Source of the DNA: a virus
Lineage: Duplodnaviria > Caudoviricetes
DNA length: 64,000 nt
Virus record (IMG/VR): IMGVR_UViG_3300048858_000027
Coordinates: 1 to 64,000 of that record
Strand: one strand, 5' to 3'
The translations under genes and the position numbers were made by a program. The notes beneath the pieces were generated by a model. It made no database searches. It saw only the letters and a program-made list of their open reading frames with translations, and had not been told where the DNA came from. Numbering within the stretch: the first letter of the stretch is position 1; every line of letters starts with the position of its first letter. Below, one piece after another: positions 54,762-63,321 of this stretch.

Positions 54762-55261
54762 GCCGCGAGCCGATCCTGCACCAGCTTCACGAGCGTCTTC
54801 GCGCTCAGGTTCTCAGCCAGGTAGGCGCTGACATCCTCGAACTCTTCGGGCAGCTCCAGGTCGAACTGGTCGCAATAGCGGCGCACCTTATCCTTCAGAT
54901 CGTCGATCTGACGGCGATCGGACAGGCGGGCGCTGCTCATCCGGCGCGCTTCCAGGCTCACCTTCAGCGTGATCAACTCGGTCTTGAAGAAGGCCAGGTT
55001 CTTCTGGTGGCCCCAGAGCACATCGAGGTCGGGGACGTTGAAGCGCGGGTGATCCCAACCGATGTAGCGGATCTGCTTGTCCGTGGTGGGACCGTAGCGC
55101 CGGTTGGTAACGAGGAGACAGACACCCTTCGGCGTCTCGAATCGTCGGGCGATCAGCGTCCAGTAGGAGTAGAGCTTATCACCTTCAAAGGAAACGTTGT
55201 GCCCCTTCGCTCGGGGCTTGCTCTGTCGGACCCAATGACCGACGACATCTTCGTTATTCAT
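54758..55261 (-). CDS. Hypothetical early protein
   Basis: LYSYWTLIAR motif common in phage early proteins; paralog of the downstream gene. Confidence 0.7.
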   Translation of the reverse strand: MNNEDVVGHWVRQSKPRAKGHNVSFEGDKLYSYWTLIARRFETPKGVCLLVTNRRYGPTTDKQIRYIGWDHPRFNVPDLDVLWGHQKNLAFFKTELITLKVSLEARRMSSARLSDRRQIDDLKDKVRRYCDQFDLELPEEFEDVSAYLAENLSAKTLVKLVQDRLAA

Positions 55262-55278
55262 GTGATGATCCTTTCGGA

Positions 55279-55635
55279 TTATTTGTCGAGCAGGACTTCA
55301 AGTTTGTCCGCGAGCTTCCGAACAGTGGCGACGGCGACTGGAGCGGGATCTTCGGGATCGAGCAGCGCGGTGGAACCGCGGAACAGCGTGATCGTCTGCT
55401 CCAGGTATTCGTGGTCGGGGATCAGTTGGCGGATCGTCTTCAGCTTAGGGTCAGCGAGCAGACGCTGGGTCCCGCTCACATTCTCCGTCTTGCCCAGGAG
55501 AACCGCCGTGAACTCCTGGTTGAAGTCCTTCCACACTTTGCTTTTGAGAGCACTCTGCGTCAGCGACCGTTCAAGCCTGGTGTGGAGGAGGTGGCAGAGG
55601 TGGGTCAACTGATCAATGCGTTGGTCTTTATCCAT
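55279..55635 (-). CDS. Hypothetical protein
   Basis: 118 aa ORF in the early operon. Confidence 0.55.
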   Translation of the reverse strand: MDKDQRIDQLTHLCHLLHTRLERSLTQSALKSKVWKDFNQEFTAVLLGKTENVSGTQRLLADPKLKTIRQLIPDHEYLEQTITLFRGSTALLDPEDPAPVAVATVRKLADKLEVLLDK

Positions 55636-55704
55636 TGGACGAGTTTCCCCGTTGATCTCTCACGAAGCGAGAGACCGAATGGTTGTTGAATAATCAGGAA
55701 AGAC

Positions 55705-55986
55705 TTAGGAGCGGATGAGAGCGGCCACCGTGAGGATGGCGTCGGCGTTCTCTTCGTTGGGACCGAAGTAGAAGGTGGAGAACTTCCCTTCTCCAGCGCC
55801 CTTCTTCGGTATCTTACCTCGAACGACCCGCAGCCCGACCCAGAACAGTGGTTTGCCGAAGGGCCAGTTGGTCTCTTTGACCAGTCGCAGGTTCGGATCG
55901 GTGAGCGCTCGCTGGAGAGCCTGGTCGCTGAGGTCCAATCGGCCCCCAGCGAACGCAATGGTCTCCCTAACTTCCCTGAGACTCAC
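55705..55986 (-). CDS. Hypothetical protein
   Basis: 93 aa ORF in the operon. Confidence 0.5.
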   Translation of the reverse strand: MSLREVRETIAFAGGRLDLSDQALQRALTDPNLRLVKETNWPFGKPLFWVGLRVVRGKIPKKGAGEGKFSTFYFGPNEENADAILTVAALIRS

Positions 55987-56182
55987 GATCTCGATCTCGC
56001 TTCGGCATCGGGAAGTAGGCTTTGTAGCCCTTGGTCCCTCGGGTGTAGTGACCGATCACGGCGATGCCCTGATCGGTCAGCAGGAGAACTTTGGTGCCTT
56101 CGGGGCAATTCTCCATGTCGTAGCGGAAGATGAAACCCGGCTCGGTGTAGGCTTGCTGAGTGGGATGGAGCGAGGGTTTCAC
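55967..56182 (-). CDS. Hypothetical phage protein
   Basis: MENCPEGTKVLLLTDQGIAVIG...YFPMPK pattern. Confidence 0.6.
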   Translation of the reverse strand: MKPSLHPTQQAYTEPGFIFRYDMENCPEGTKVLLLTDQGIAVIGHYTRGTKGYKAYFPMPKRDRDRESQGS

Positions 56183-56304
56183 TTGTTGATCTGGAACAGC
56201 TCCTCCAGCTCCCTGACCCGCTGCTCCGCAGCCCGCCGCCGCTCAACCTCGCGGTTGATGGCTTCGAGCAGCTCCTGGATGCGTTCCCTGGGGTTACGGT
56301 CCAT
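56179..56304 (-). CDS. Small coiled-coil protein (41 aa)
   Basis: Read manually: MDRNPRERIQELLEAINREVERRRAAEQRVRELEELFQINK; coupled. Confidence 0.55.
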   Translation of the reverse strand: MDRNPRERIQELLEAINREVERRRAAEQRVRELEELFQINK

Positions 56305-56461
56305 CGCGGGTCCACCGGGCAGCGATCAGCTCGTCGATCAGGAAGACGACGAGGAAGAGGTGCAGGATGAAGCTGAACTGCTCCAAGAACATCTGGACCA
56401 AAAGATCCAGGAGAAGGAGCACCACTGTGAGCGCCCGCACCCAGGGCGGTAAGATGGGCAT
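56294..56461 (-). CDS. Small membrane protein (55 aa)
   Basis: Read manually: MPILPPWVRALTVVLLLDLLVQMFLEQFSFILHLFLVVFLIDEL...; AGGA RBS. Confidence 0.55.
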   Translation of the reverse strand: MPILPPWVRALTVVLLLLDLLVQMFLEQFSFILHLFLVVFLIDELIAARWTRDGP

Positions 56462-56489
56462 CGGATGTTCCTTTGCAGGAAAGGGGAAG

Positions 56490-56678
56490 TTACGAAGCTG
56501 ACTGCTTCGCCTTCAACTTGGCGACCTCGGCCTTGTGGAGCCGATACATCAGCACGACCCCGAAACTCAGCAGGATCATCAGCAGGCCGTCTGATGCGAT
56601 GGAGAGCACCTTGCTGGAGAAGTCCATCAAGGTAGCGAGGGCGGCGATCGCGAAGATCGCCGCCATCAGCAGACGCAT
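56490..56678 (-). CDS. Two-TM membrane protein (62 aa)
   Basis: Two hydrophobic segments, directly downstream of terB. Confidence 0.6.
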   Translation of the reverse strand: MRLLMAAIFAIAALATLMDFSSKVLSIASDGLLMILLSFGVVLMYRLHKAEVAKLKAKQSAS

Positions 56679-56679
56679 G

Positions 56680-57126
56680 TTACAGGCCGACCTGATCGGC
56701 TGCCACGCCGAGCACGCTGGCGCACTTCAGCAGGAAGGTGCGCTCGGCAGGCTCGATCTCGCCGTCCGCCTTGGCGGTCGCGACACCCATCCGCATGATG
56801 GCGATGCGCTTCTCCTCGCTGGCGCCGCGGGAGACGACATCACGCAGCTCCTTCAGGCAGGCGTCGAAGCCGGAGTCCACGTCGAACTCCAGTTGCTCGG
56901 CCAGCTCGCGGTGCTTGGCGAAGAGGATGCTCTGGTCATACTGCTTCAGGATCGGGTTGATCTTGAAGCCGCCGACCAGCTTCTTCTTCTCGGACTCTTC
57001 CAGCTCACCATCGGCATAGGCGGTGCCGGTCATCACGGCGACAATGCCTTCGGCCGTCTCACGGTCGTTGAAGCGAGAGGCTGCGGCTTCCAGGTCGGAG
57101 AGCTTGGACTTGAAGAAATTGAGCAA
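56680..57126 (-). CDS. terB: TerB-family protein
   Basis: TAYADGELEESEK and ATAKADGEIEPAER duplicated ADG motifs; 148 aa. Confidence 0.9.
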   Translation of the reverse strand: MLNFFKSKLSDLEAAASRFNDRETAEGIVAVMTGTAYADGELEESEKKKLVGGFKINPILKQYDQSILFAKHRELAEQLEFDVDSGFDACLKELRDVVSRGASEEKRIAIMRMGVATAKADGEIEPAERTFLLKCASVLGVAADQVGL

Positions 57127-57241
57127 GGGGATGTTCCTGTTGTGGATGTGAGATGATCCCCGAAGGGATTGGGTCGGTGATCCGTGAGGATTGAGTGGAT
57201 GGATAATCCTCCCTCACGGACCCGTGTAGAGGTGGAATCGT

Positions 57242-57958
57242 TTATGAAGGTTCAGGAATGCTTTTGGCCCGCTCCTGTTCCACCTTCCACTGGGCGCGCA
57301 GCAGGTCGTGCTCCGCCTCGGTGATCTCGCGCAGACCCTCGGGGAGCGGCGGCCATTCCCCTTCAGTGATAACGGCGTCGGGGTGTTCCTCGCGGATCTT
57401 GGCGATCTGCCTCGTGGTGTTCGGCCCACAGATGACGAAGGTTTCGCCAAACCAGGTCATCTGGATGGGGTTGAAGAAGAAGCTCCAGGAATCTCCTGCG
57501 GCCGAGTTGCCCCAACCCCCTTCCCTCTTCCAGCCATTCTCGGCGCAGGGGCGAACGTATCCTGGCGTGTGCCAGTTGACGTTGCGTGGGACGCCGATAG
57601 CTTCAGCGATGGGCTGCAGGTTATCGGCGCCTGGCAGGGCGTCCAGCGCCTTCCTGGCCTCGATCCCCGCCGCCTTCTGCGCCTTATCGCGGGCGCGGTC
57701 GTGCGGCACCATGTAGTCGGGCTTCCCCTGCTTGCCGCGGACGAGCCTCCAGCCTGGCGGGGTCGGGTGCATGGCGTAGACCCCAGACAGCTTGTGCGTG
57801 TCCAGGTTCTCGTAACCGCCTGTGGAGCCCATCGCCTCGACGAACTGACGCCCAGCCTCTTTGGCGGCCAGGTAGCTGGCCCGCCAGTCTTGGCACATCT
57901 TCAGCCAGGGCTCGCCAGTCACGAGTAGACGGCGGAACTGGTCGGGTTTGTCGCTCAT
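57242..57958 (-). CDS. Hypothetical phage protein
   Basis: 238 aa ORF with good codon usage. Confidence 0.6.
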   Translation of the reverse strand: MSDKPDQFRRLLVTGEPWLKMCQDWRASYLAAKEAGRQFVEAMGSTGGYENLDTHKLSGVYAMHPTPPGWRLVRGKQGKPDYMVPHDRARDKAQKAAGIEARKALDALPGADNLQPIAEAIGVPRNVNWHTPGYVRPCAENGWKREGGWGNSAAGDSWSFFFNPIQMTWFGETFVICGPNTTRQIAKIREEHPDAVITEGEWPPLPEGLREITEAEHDLLRAQWKVEQERAKSIPEPS

Positions 57959-58362
57959 GTCCTCAGTCCCTTCAGCCGAGCCAGCGCCAGCTCGGCGCCG
58001 TCCTTCAGGCCGTAAGCGTGTCCTGCTTCCCAGGCAGTGTGAGGTTCCTCGGCGTCATGGTCCGCGATCGCGTTCTTCTCAGAAGCGATCGCGATATCCA
58101 CTTCGAGCGTGGCCTGGAGATAGTCCAGGAACCCCGCCGTGGGGCAGGCTCCGCGGTAGGTGTAGGAACCCATCTCGCTGCTAGGGATCGGCCTGGAGGT
58201 GGCCATGAGCCACCAGCTCGTGCCGTTCCAGTAGGCAGGCATCGCACCGGCCAGGCCATCATCCAGATCATTGGGGTGGATCAGGTAGTGGCAGCCCTTC
58301 CGCTCGGGGTTGAGGGGCACGCCCGGCCGATTTGGGTCCGGCCACTTGCTCTCACCCGTCAT
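57955..58362 (-). CDS. Hypothetical protein
   Basis: ATG 58362; WPDPNRPGVPLNPE motif. Confidence 0.55.
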   Translation of the reverse strand: MTGESKWPDPNRPGVPLNPERKGCHYLIHPNDLDDGLAGAMPAYWNGTSWWLMATSRPIPSSEMGSYTYRGACPTAGFLDYLQATLEVDIAIASEKNAIADHDAEEPHTAWEAGHAYGLKDGAELALARLKGLRT

Positions 58363-58714
58363 GGCGCGGCTCCAGGGCAGGGGCAGGAGGGGGTGGGGCT
58401 GCGATTTCCTTCGTGAGTTCGCTCGCCCCGACAATCGCGGCTGTAGCAGCAACGCGGATCGGCTCTGGCGCAATGGGGCTGCCCTGGATGTGTGACAGGC
58501 AGTTCGCCAGGAGACCCACCTGCCGCTTGCGGATTTCCAGTTCTGCCACCTCCACCCCCTGCACCTCCGTGCGGCTCAACGACGCGCGGGCGAGGGCGCA
58601 GAGGGCGCGAATGTTGTCATGGCTCAGCGGAGGCGTGCTTGGCGTCCACGGTGCCGTGTAATACTGCTCAATCTCCGCGATCTGCTCCACCGTCAGCGTC
58701 ATGGCATCAGCCAT
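58352..58714 (-). CDS. Hypothetical protein
   Basis: ATG 58714 overlapping the upstream gene end. Confidence 0.45.
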   Translation of the reverse strand: MADAMTLTVEQIAEIEQYYTAPWTPSTPPLSHDNIRALCALARASLSRTEVQGVEVAELEIRKRQVGLLANCLSHIQGSPIAPEPIRVAATAAIVGASELTKEIAAPPPPAPALEPRHDG

Positions 58715-58934
58715 TGGTGCGGGCCTCCACCATCGCCGTTGCGTCATCGTAGATGGCAAGCTGCCTCGCCTGCTCGCGCTGGCAGAGAGCGATAATCTTG
58801 GCGGCAGTAGCGCGAGCAGGCACGCCATAGACGTTGCTCTCAAGCATCCTCTCGACCGAGGCAAAGAGGACGAGCGTGGTATGGGCCTCCGCCGCGACAC
58901 GGGCGTGCTGCTTCGGCGTGTTCTTCTTGCTCAT
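58707..58934 (-). CDS. Hypothetical protein
   Basis: ATG 58934 with GGAGG RBS. Confidence 0.55.
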   Translation of the reverse strand: MSKKNTPKQHARVAAEAHTTLVLFASVERMLESNVYGVPARATAAKIIALCQREQARQLAIYDDATAMVEARTNG

Positions 58935-59266
58935 GTCCGGTCCTCCTGGCTGGGCGTGGGGATGAGGGCGATACCTTCGATCGCTCTCTGACAATCGTCA
59001 CAACCATTCGCCCATGCTGCGGCGAGATTGCCGTCCCCTGGCTTAATCACGCTTGCAAGCTGCTCACACTTTGCCGATGCCTTCTTGATCCCCTCCCGAG
59101 CCTGCGCGACCGCTTGGGCGTGGGCGGCGCGCTCGGTGAGGAGGGCGCGGAGAGTTGCCGCGCCGTCCGTCATTGCCCGAGCAATCGGCTTGCTATCGAC
59201 AAATAAGGCGCACTGTTCCAGATCGACGGCGCGCGACTTGATCTCCGCATCCGTGGGCGTGCTCAT
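58931..59266 (-). CDS. Hypothetical protein
   Basis: 111 aa, coupled. Confidence 0.5.
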   Translation of the reverse strand: MSTPTDAEIKSRAVDLEQCALFVDSKPIARAMTDGAATLRALLTERAAHAQAVAQAREGIKKASAKCEQLASVIKPGDGNLAAAWANGCDDCQRAIEGIALIPTPSQEDRT

Positions 59267-59643
59267 GACTGGTTCCTCGGCTTCCCGGCCGCTTCCCAGG
59301 AGTGGACGGCTTCGAGCCAGCTCTCGGCCTCATCCAACTGCGTCTCTGCAGACCTGACCTCCTCAGCGATCTCCTCATCGGACATGCTGTCGAAGTCGCC
59401 GCGGTATTCTTGCCAGGCGTTGTTGACCGGAGCATGTGGTGGCTCTGGCTCCGGCACCACGATTTCCTCGAAGCGACCGTCGAGAAACTCATCTTCCCGG
59501 CGGGTCCAGACGCGCAGCATATCCACGTCCTGGTAGACAACCATCAGGGCGTTGTCGTGCGGCCCATCCAGTTGCAGCATGGCGTGATGAAGGATGCGGT
59601 AGGTGCCGCCGCGCTTCTTGTGGCGATACAATTTCACGGTCAT
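59263..59643 (-). CDS. DUF1653-like domain protein with acidic C-terminal extension
   Basis: YRHKKRGGTYRIL...MVVYQ...WTR..DEF..RFEE. Confidence 0.75.
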   Translation of the reverse strand: MTVKLYRHKKRGGTYRILHHAMLQLDGPHDNALMVVYQDVDMLRVWTRREDEFLDGRFEEIVVPEPEPPHAPVNNAWQEYRGDFDSMSDEEIAEEVRSAETQLDEAESWLEAVHSWEAAGKPRNQS

Positions 59644-59864
59644 CAGTTCCAAACTCCAGACCATTTCGCCGCCCGCTCAGGTGGGCGAACATGTGCAAGG
59701 GCCAGGCAACATTCCCGCACGAAGCGGGCCACCTCCGGCGGCACCGGGGATATACCCAAGCGCCACTTGCGAACGGTCTGACGGGTGGTGCCCAGCTTGT
59801 TCGCCAGGCGTTGGTCAGACCAGCCGAGTGCCCGCATGTCGTAGGGGAACTGCTCGGTGGTCAC
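59643..59864 (-). CDS. XRE/Cro-like HTH protein
   Basis: [28 protein letters not shown]; GTG start overlapping the thyX stop. Confidence 0.7.
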   Translation of the reverse strand: MTTEQFPYDMRALGWSDQRLANKLGTTRQTVRKWRLGISPVPPEVARFVRECCLALAHVRPPERAAKWSGVWN

Positions 59865-60778
59865 GCCAGCGTTTCCCACAGCTCCTGCCACTCGCGCTTG
59901 CTCAGGCCGGAGCTGGCCTGGTCCACGGGGAGGCCATCCATCCGGCGGCGCAACACCTTCAGCATCTGCGCCGAGAGGGTGAAGGAACCCAGGCGGTAGT
60001 CGCAGAACGCTTCGGCCGTGATCGGCGCCCAGGCCCGGAGGATCTGCATCATGATCTCGGCGTAGGCGCGGATCTCGTACTGAGCATGGGCGTCGGCGCG
60101 CAGCCGCAGGAAGTTCAGGAAGTTGTGGAGATCCACCTTCCAATACCACTGCGTGTAGGTGTTGAGGGTGAGGTTCATCCGGGCCAGCTCGCGGGCCAGG
60201 CCGGCGCCACACTTTTCCTCGGGGCCGATCATAAACTCATAGTCGGAATAGTTCTGATGAGCATCCCTCATCAGGATCTGCCGCACCACCTGTGCAGTGT
60301 CCTGATCCAGCACATCGCCCCTGCCCTGCTTGTTGTCGGAGGACTGGACGGCCAGGTGCTGCGGCTCGGGGATGTAGAACTCACGGTCCATCACCGAGTA
60401 GCGCGCCGAATACTCGTTCACATTGGCGGTGCGGTGCCGGATCCACTGCCGCGCCACGAAGATCGGCAGCTTCACATGCAGCTTGATCTCGCACATCTCG
60501 AAGGGCGTGCTGTGCCAGTGACGCATCAGGTAGCGGATCAGGCCGCGGTCCTCGCTCACGGCCTTGGTGCCGCGGCCGTAGGAGACGCGGGCGGCCTGCA
60601 CCACGGCACTGTCGTCGCCCATGTAATCGACCACGCGGATGAAGCCATGGTCGAGCACCGGGATCGGCTCGAACAGCAGAGCTTCCAGGGCGGGAACGGT
60701 GGGGCGGAGAGTCGTCACGCCCTGCGAACGGGCTTCGGTCAGCTCAGCGAGCTGAGTGTCGGTGAGGTCGGTCATCAC
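59861..60778 (-). CDS. thyX: FAD-dependent thymidylate synthase
   Basis: [30 protein letters not shown] signature, ELARM.L. Confidence 0.97.
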   Translation of the reverse strand: MMTDLTDTQLAELTEARSQGVTTLRPTVPALEALLFEPIPVLDHGFIRVVDYMGDDSAVVQAARVSYGRGTKAVSEDRGLIRYLMRHWHSTPFEMCEIKLHVKLPIFVARQWIRHRTANVNEYSARYSVMDREFYIPEPQHLAVQSSDNKQGRGDVLDQDTAQVVRQILMRDAHQNYSDYEFMIGPEEKCGAGLARELARMNLTLNTYTQWYWKVDLHNFLNFLRLRADAHAQYEIRAYAEIMMQILRAWAPITAEAFCDYRLGSFTLSAQMLKVLRRRMDGLPVDQASSGLSKREWQELWETLA

Positions 60779-61158
60779 AGGGTCCAGTTCGCTTCAACCA
60801 CGTCCTTGGCTTCCTTCAGCCCCATCCCGGACAGGTTGCGCTGCTCCTTGATCGCACCGATCTTGTCGCCCTGGTTGATGTAGGCGCGGACGCTCGGCGG
60901 CAGCGGATCAGGGCCAGTGTTGATCAGCTTGTTGGCCTTGATGGCGAACTCCTGGAGCAGCGTCATCGCGGGGTTGACCGGCGGGCCTCCGGTGATGGCC
61001 CGCAGGCCGATCGCCGCGCGCCAGAACTGCGCGATCCGCAGAGCGTCCTCGGGCTTGCCGCAGAACACCGTGGTGCCATCGGGCCAGGTGATGCTGTTTA
61101 TCGGCTCATGCTGCACGACCACATCGGTCGTCAGCATCTCGAAGGTGATGTCTTGCAT
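60775..61158 (-). CDS. Protein with C-terminal ribosomal protein L7/L12 CTD-like domain
   Basis: [27 protein letters not shown] matches the bL12 CTD core; likely start ATG 61158. Confidence 0.7.
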   Translation of the reverse strand: MQDITFEMLTTDVVVQHEPINSITWPDGTTVFCGKPEDALRIAQFWRAAIGLRAITGGPPVNPAMTLLQEFAIKANKLINTGPDPLPPSVRAYINQGDKIGAIKEQRNLSGMGLKEAKDVVEANWTL

Positions 61159-61367
61159 GTCGCGGATGTTCCCTACCGGGAGTGGGAAAAGAAGCTGTGG
61201 ATTCGTTTCTGAATGATCAGAAACGATTTGGGCCACCAGAATGCGGCGAGCCGCACGTACTTAGGGCGTGAGAACGATAAGCATGAGTTATCGTGCCTGG
61301 CGGGGTGTGGGTCTGGCGCATTTCCGAGCTGGAGCTAATCTGTATCCTTCAAGAATTGGGGCGAAGG

Positions 61368-61775
61368 ATGCAGATTTTCGGGGCGCTGATCGCAGTCGGG
61401 CTGCTCGCGGGGTGCTCCAGCGCCCCGATCTCCCTGGCCGATGCCAAGCCAGTTATGGCGGTGGGGCAGTTCCAGGCTGCCGCGCCTGGCACCGCACCTG
61501 TGGTGGTGCGGCGGGACACAGGTTTTGGGGGCGGCGGCTGCACCACCACCCTCTACGTCAATGGCGAGGCGGCGGGGCGGATCAATACCGGGGAGATGGT
61601 GACGATACACGCCCCGGTCGGGGGCGTGATCCTCGGCGCCTCCAACACAAGCGCGATGTGTCCGAACGCCCTGGTCGAGCAGGAAGTCGTGCTGGAGGAG
61701 GGTAAGCCTCGACACTTCCGGGTTGGGATCGACCAATCGGGGTCGCTCGGCCTCTTCCGCACGAACGCTAGCTGA
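61368..61775 (+). CDS. Lipoprotein (lipobox LAGC)
   Basis: MQIFGALIAVGLLAGCSS signal II; opposite orientation to the surrounding operon. Confidence 0.8.
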   Translation: MQIFGALIAVGLLAGCSSAPISLADAKPVMAVGQFQAAAPGTAPVVVRRDTGFGGGGCTTTLYVNGEAAGRINTGEMVTIHAPVGGVILGASNTSAMCPNALVEQEVVLEEGKPRHFRVGIDQSGSLGLFRTNAS

Positions 61776-61778
61776 GGG

Positions 61779-62003
61779 TCAGATCCTGGGTGCCTCCGGC
61801 CGAGGCATCCAGTGCGTCGGCGTCCCATTTATGGGGAAGAAGTTGGGCACCTCAGCATATTTCTGCTGCCATCCTGTATTGCCGAACCCGTGTGGGTCCC
61901 AGCAGCAATCCGGTAGGCGCTCGCCATCACACCAGATGTCGATCAAGGTCCCGTCACGCGGCGCGGTTTCGATGGGGCGCCATGGGGACGTGCCGCAGCT
62001 CAT
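61779..62003 (-). CDS. DUF551-like protein
   Basis: WRPIETAPRDGT...PTHWMPRPEAP. Confidence 0.8.
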   Translation of the reverse strand: MSCGTSPWRPIETAPRDGTLIDIWCDGERLPDCCWDPHGFGNTGWQQKYAEVPNFFPINGTPTHWMPRPEAPRI

Positions 62004-62014
62004 TCATGCCCTCC

Positions 62015-62206
62015 TCAGATCCGCGGTGGATTTAGCTCGGCGCCCAGGATCTCGATTTCCCGGTCGTGGAAGGGCTCATCGTGGCCCGTCAGCATCCACT
62101 GACCATCCTGGCGCTTGGCCACCTCGGGTGGCCAGAGCCCGTGCTTCAGCCTGATCCAGTAGAAGCCTCCCTCCTTCGGCGGAGGGGCAGCGATCTTCCG
62201 CGGCAT
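62015..62206 (-). CDS. Hypothetical protein
   Basis: PKEGGFYWIR motif; coupled. Confidence 0.55.
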   Translation of the reverse strand: MPRKIAAPPPKEGGFYWIRLKHGLWPPEVAKRQDGQWMLTGHDEPFHDREIEILGAELNPPRI

Positions 62207-62424
62207 CAGTGCGGGCTGGAGGGCGCCTCGCTGATATCCAGCCTGCGCTCGATCCTGTCGATGTGGTCGCCCGTGCGGTCGATGCGGCGGCTGATGGAAG
62301 AGGCGATCTCCTCCAGACGGCCGACCCGCTCCTTCAGTTCCCGCACGTCAGCTCGCACGTCATCCATCTTCTGGTCGATGCGCCTCAGCATGACCAGCGT
62401 TAGGTTGTCGGGTTGGTCGGACAT
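62206..62424 (-). CDS. Coiled-coil hypothetical protein of a type common in Alphaproteobacteria
   Basis: DNLTLVMLRRIDQKMD..RIDRIERRLD. Confidence 0.65.
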   Translation of the reverse strand: MSDQPDNLTLVMLRRIDQKMDDVRADVRELKERVGRLEEIASSISRRIDRTGDHIDRIERRLDISEAPSSPH

Positions 62425-62640
62425 TCAGGTTCCCTCGATCTGTTGCAGGAATTTCACCACAGCCTCATCCACAAGCTGTTGGATCGGCCTCCGGGTCTGG
62501 TAGCTCAAGGCCCGGAGCTTGTCGTGGACATCCATGGTCGGTCGGTAGGAGACGAAGACCCTCGCGTCCCTTCCGGCCCGTGCAGTCTCTACCTTCGGAG
62601 GCACTTCCAGGCCCGTCAGGACCACCGGCTTCTTGCTCAT
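62425..62640 (-). CDS. Ribbon-helix-helix partition partner (ParG-like)
   Basis: Flexible N-terminus then VFVSYRP..DVHDKLRALSYQTRRPIQQLVDEAV; overlaps the parA stop. Confidence 0.75.
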   Translation of the reverse strand: MSKKPVVLTGLEVPPKVETARAGRDARVFVSYRPTMDVHDKLRALSYQTRRPIQQLVDEAVVKFLQQIEGT

Positions 62641-63272
62641 ACCACCGCCACCTTACCCATGCGGGCCTTTGCTCCGCTCCAGATTGCACTGATCTCGGTC
62701 GGAGTGGGACCCTTTGGTTCCATTTCCGGCGCCGTTTGCCCGACGCTCATAGCGCGCTTGTAGTCCTCGCGGTCAGTGAGGAACTGCTTGCACACAGGGC
62801 CGTGGGTCTGGAGCAGCTCGACAGCCTGCTGGTTCGCACGGGCGCGGTGCTTTGTCCGCGTAACGACGAACTGCATCGGCTTCCCAGCATCCTCCACCAG
62901 ACGAATGGTCACGCCGATGGCGCGGAGGTCGTTGGGGCTGGGCTGGACCGGGATGATCACCAGGTCGGAGAGGCGGATCGCCTCGGCCACGAGCGGGTCG
63001 ATCGAGGGTGGCGTGTCGATGATCACCGTCTTGTAGCCCAGGCCCCGGAGCTGGGTCAGCGTGGCTGCTAGATCGGCGTGGCGGACGAAGGCGGGGGTCT
63101 GAGCCTCCCGCACATCCCACCACTTCGTCAGGGACTGCATGGAGTCCAGGTCGATCATGGCCACCGGGCCGTCGAGCCGTTCAGCCTCGACGGCGAGGTG
63201 TGTCGCCAGGGTGGTTTTGCCCGCGCCTCCCTTGCGGGAGGCCAGCGTGATGGTCTGCACGGAGTGCTCCAT
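62637..63272 (-). CDS. parA: ParA ATPase, short type Ib (ParF-like)
   Basis: RKGGAGKTT deviant Walker A, IDLD, IIDTPP; 211 aa with no N-terminal HTH. Confidence 0.92.
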   Translation of the reverse strand: MEHSVQTITLASRKGGAGKTTLATHLAVEAERLDGPVAMIDLDSMQSLTKWWDVREAQTPAFVRHADLAATLTQLRGLGYKTVIIDTPPSIDPLVAEAIRLSDLVIIPVQPSPNDLRAIGVTIRLVEDAGKPMQFVVTRTKHRARANQQAVELLQTHGPVCKQFLTDREDYKRAMSVGQTAPEMEPKGPTPTEISAIWSGAKARMGKVAVV

Positions 63273-63289
63273 TACCGAATGCTCGGTAA

Positions 63290-63321
63290 TGATTGCATGA
63301 GTGATTGAACGCGGTCAATCA
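63290..63321. repeat. ACTC/AATC 8-bp-period repeats and inverted repeat upstream of parA (operator/centromere candidate)
   Basis: TGATTGA-N6-TCAATCA (63302-63321) and TTCAATCACTCATGCAATCAT on the minus strand. Confidence 0.5.
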
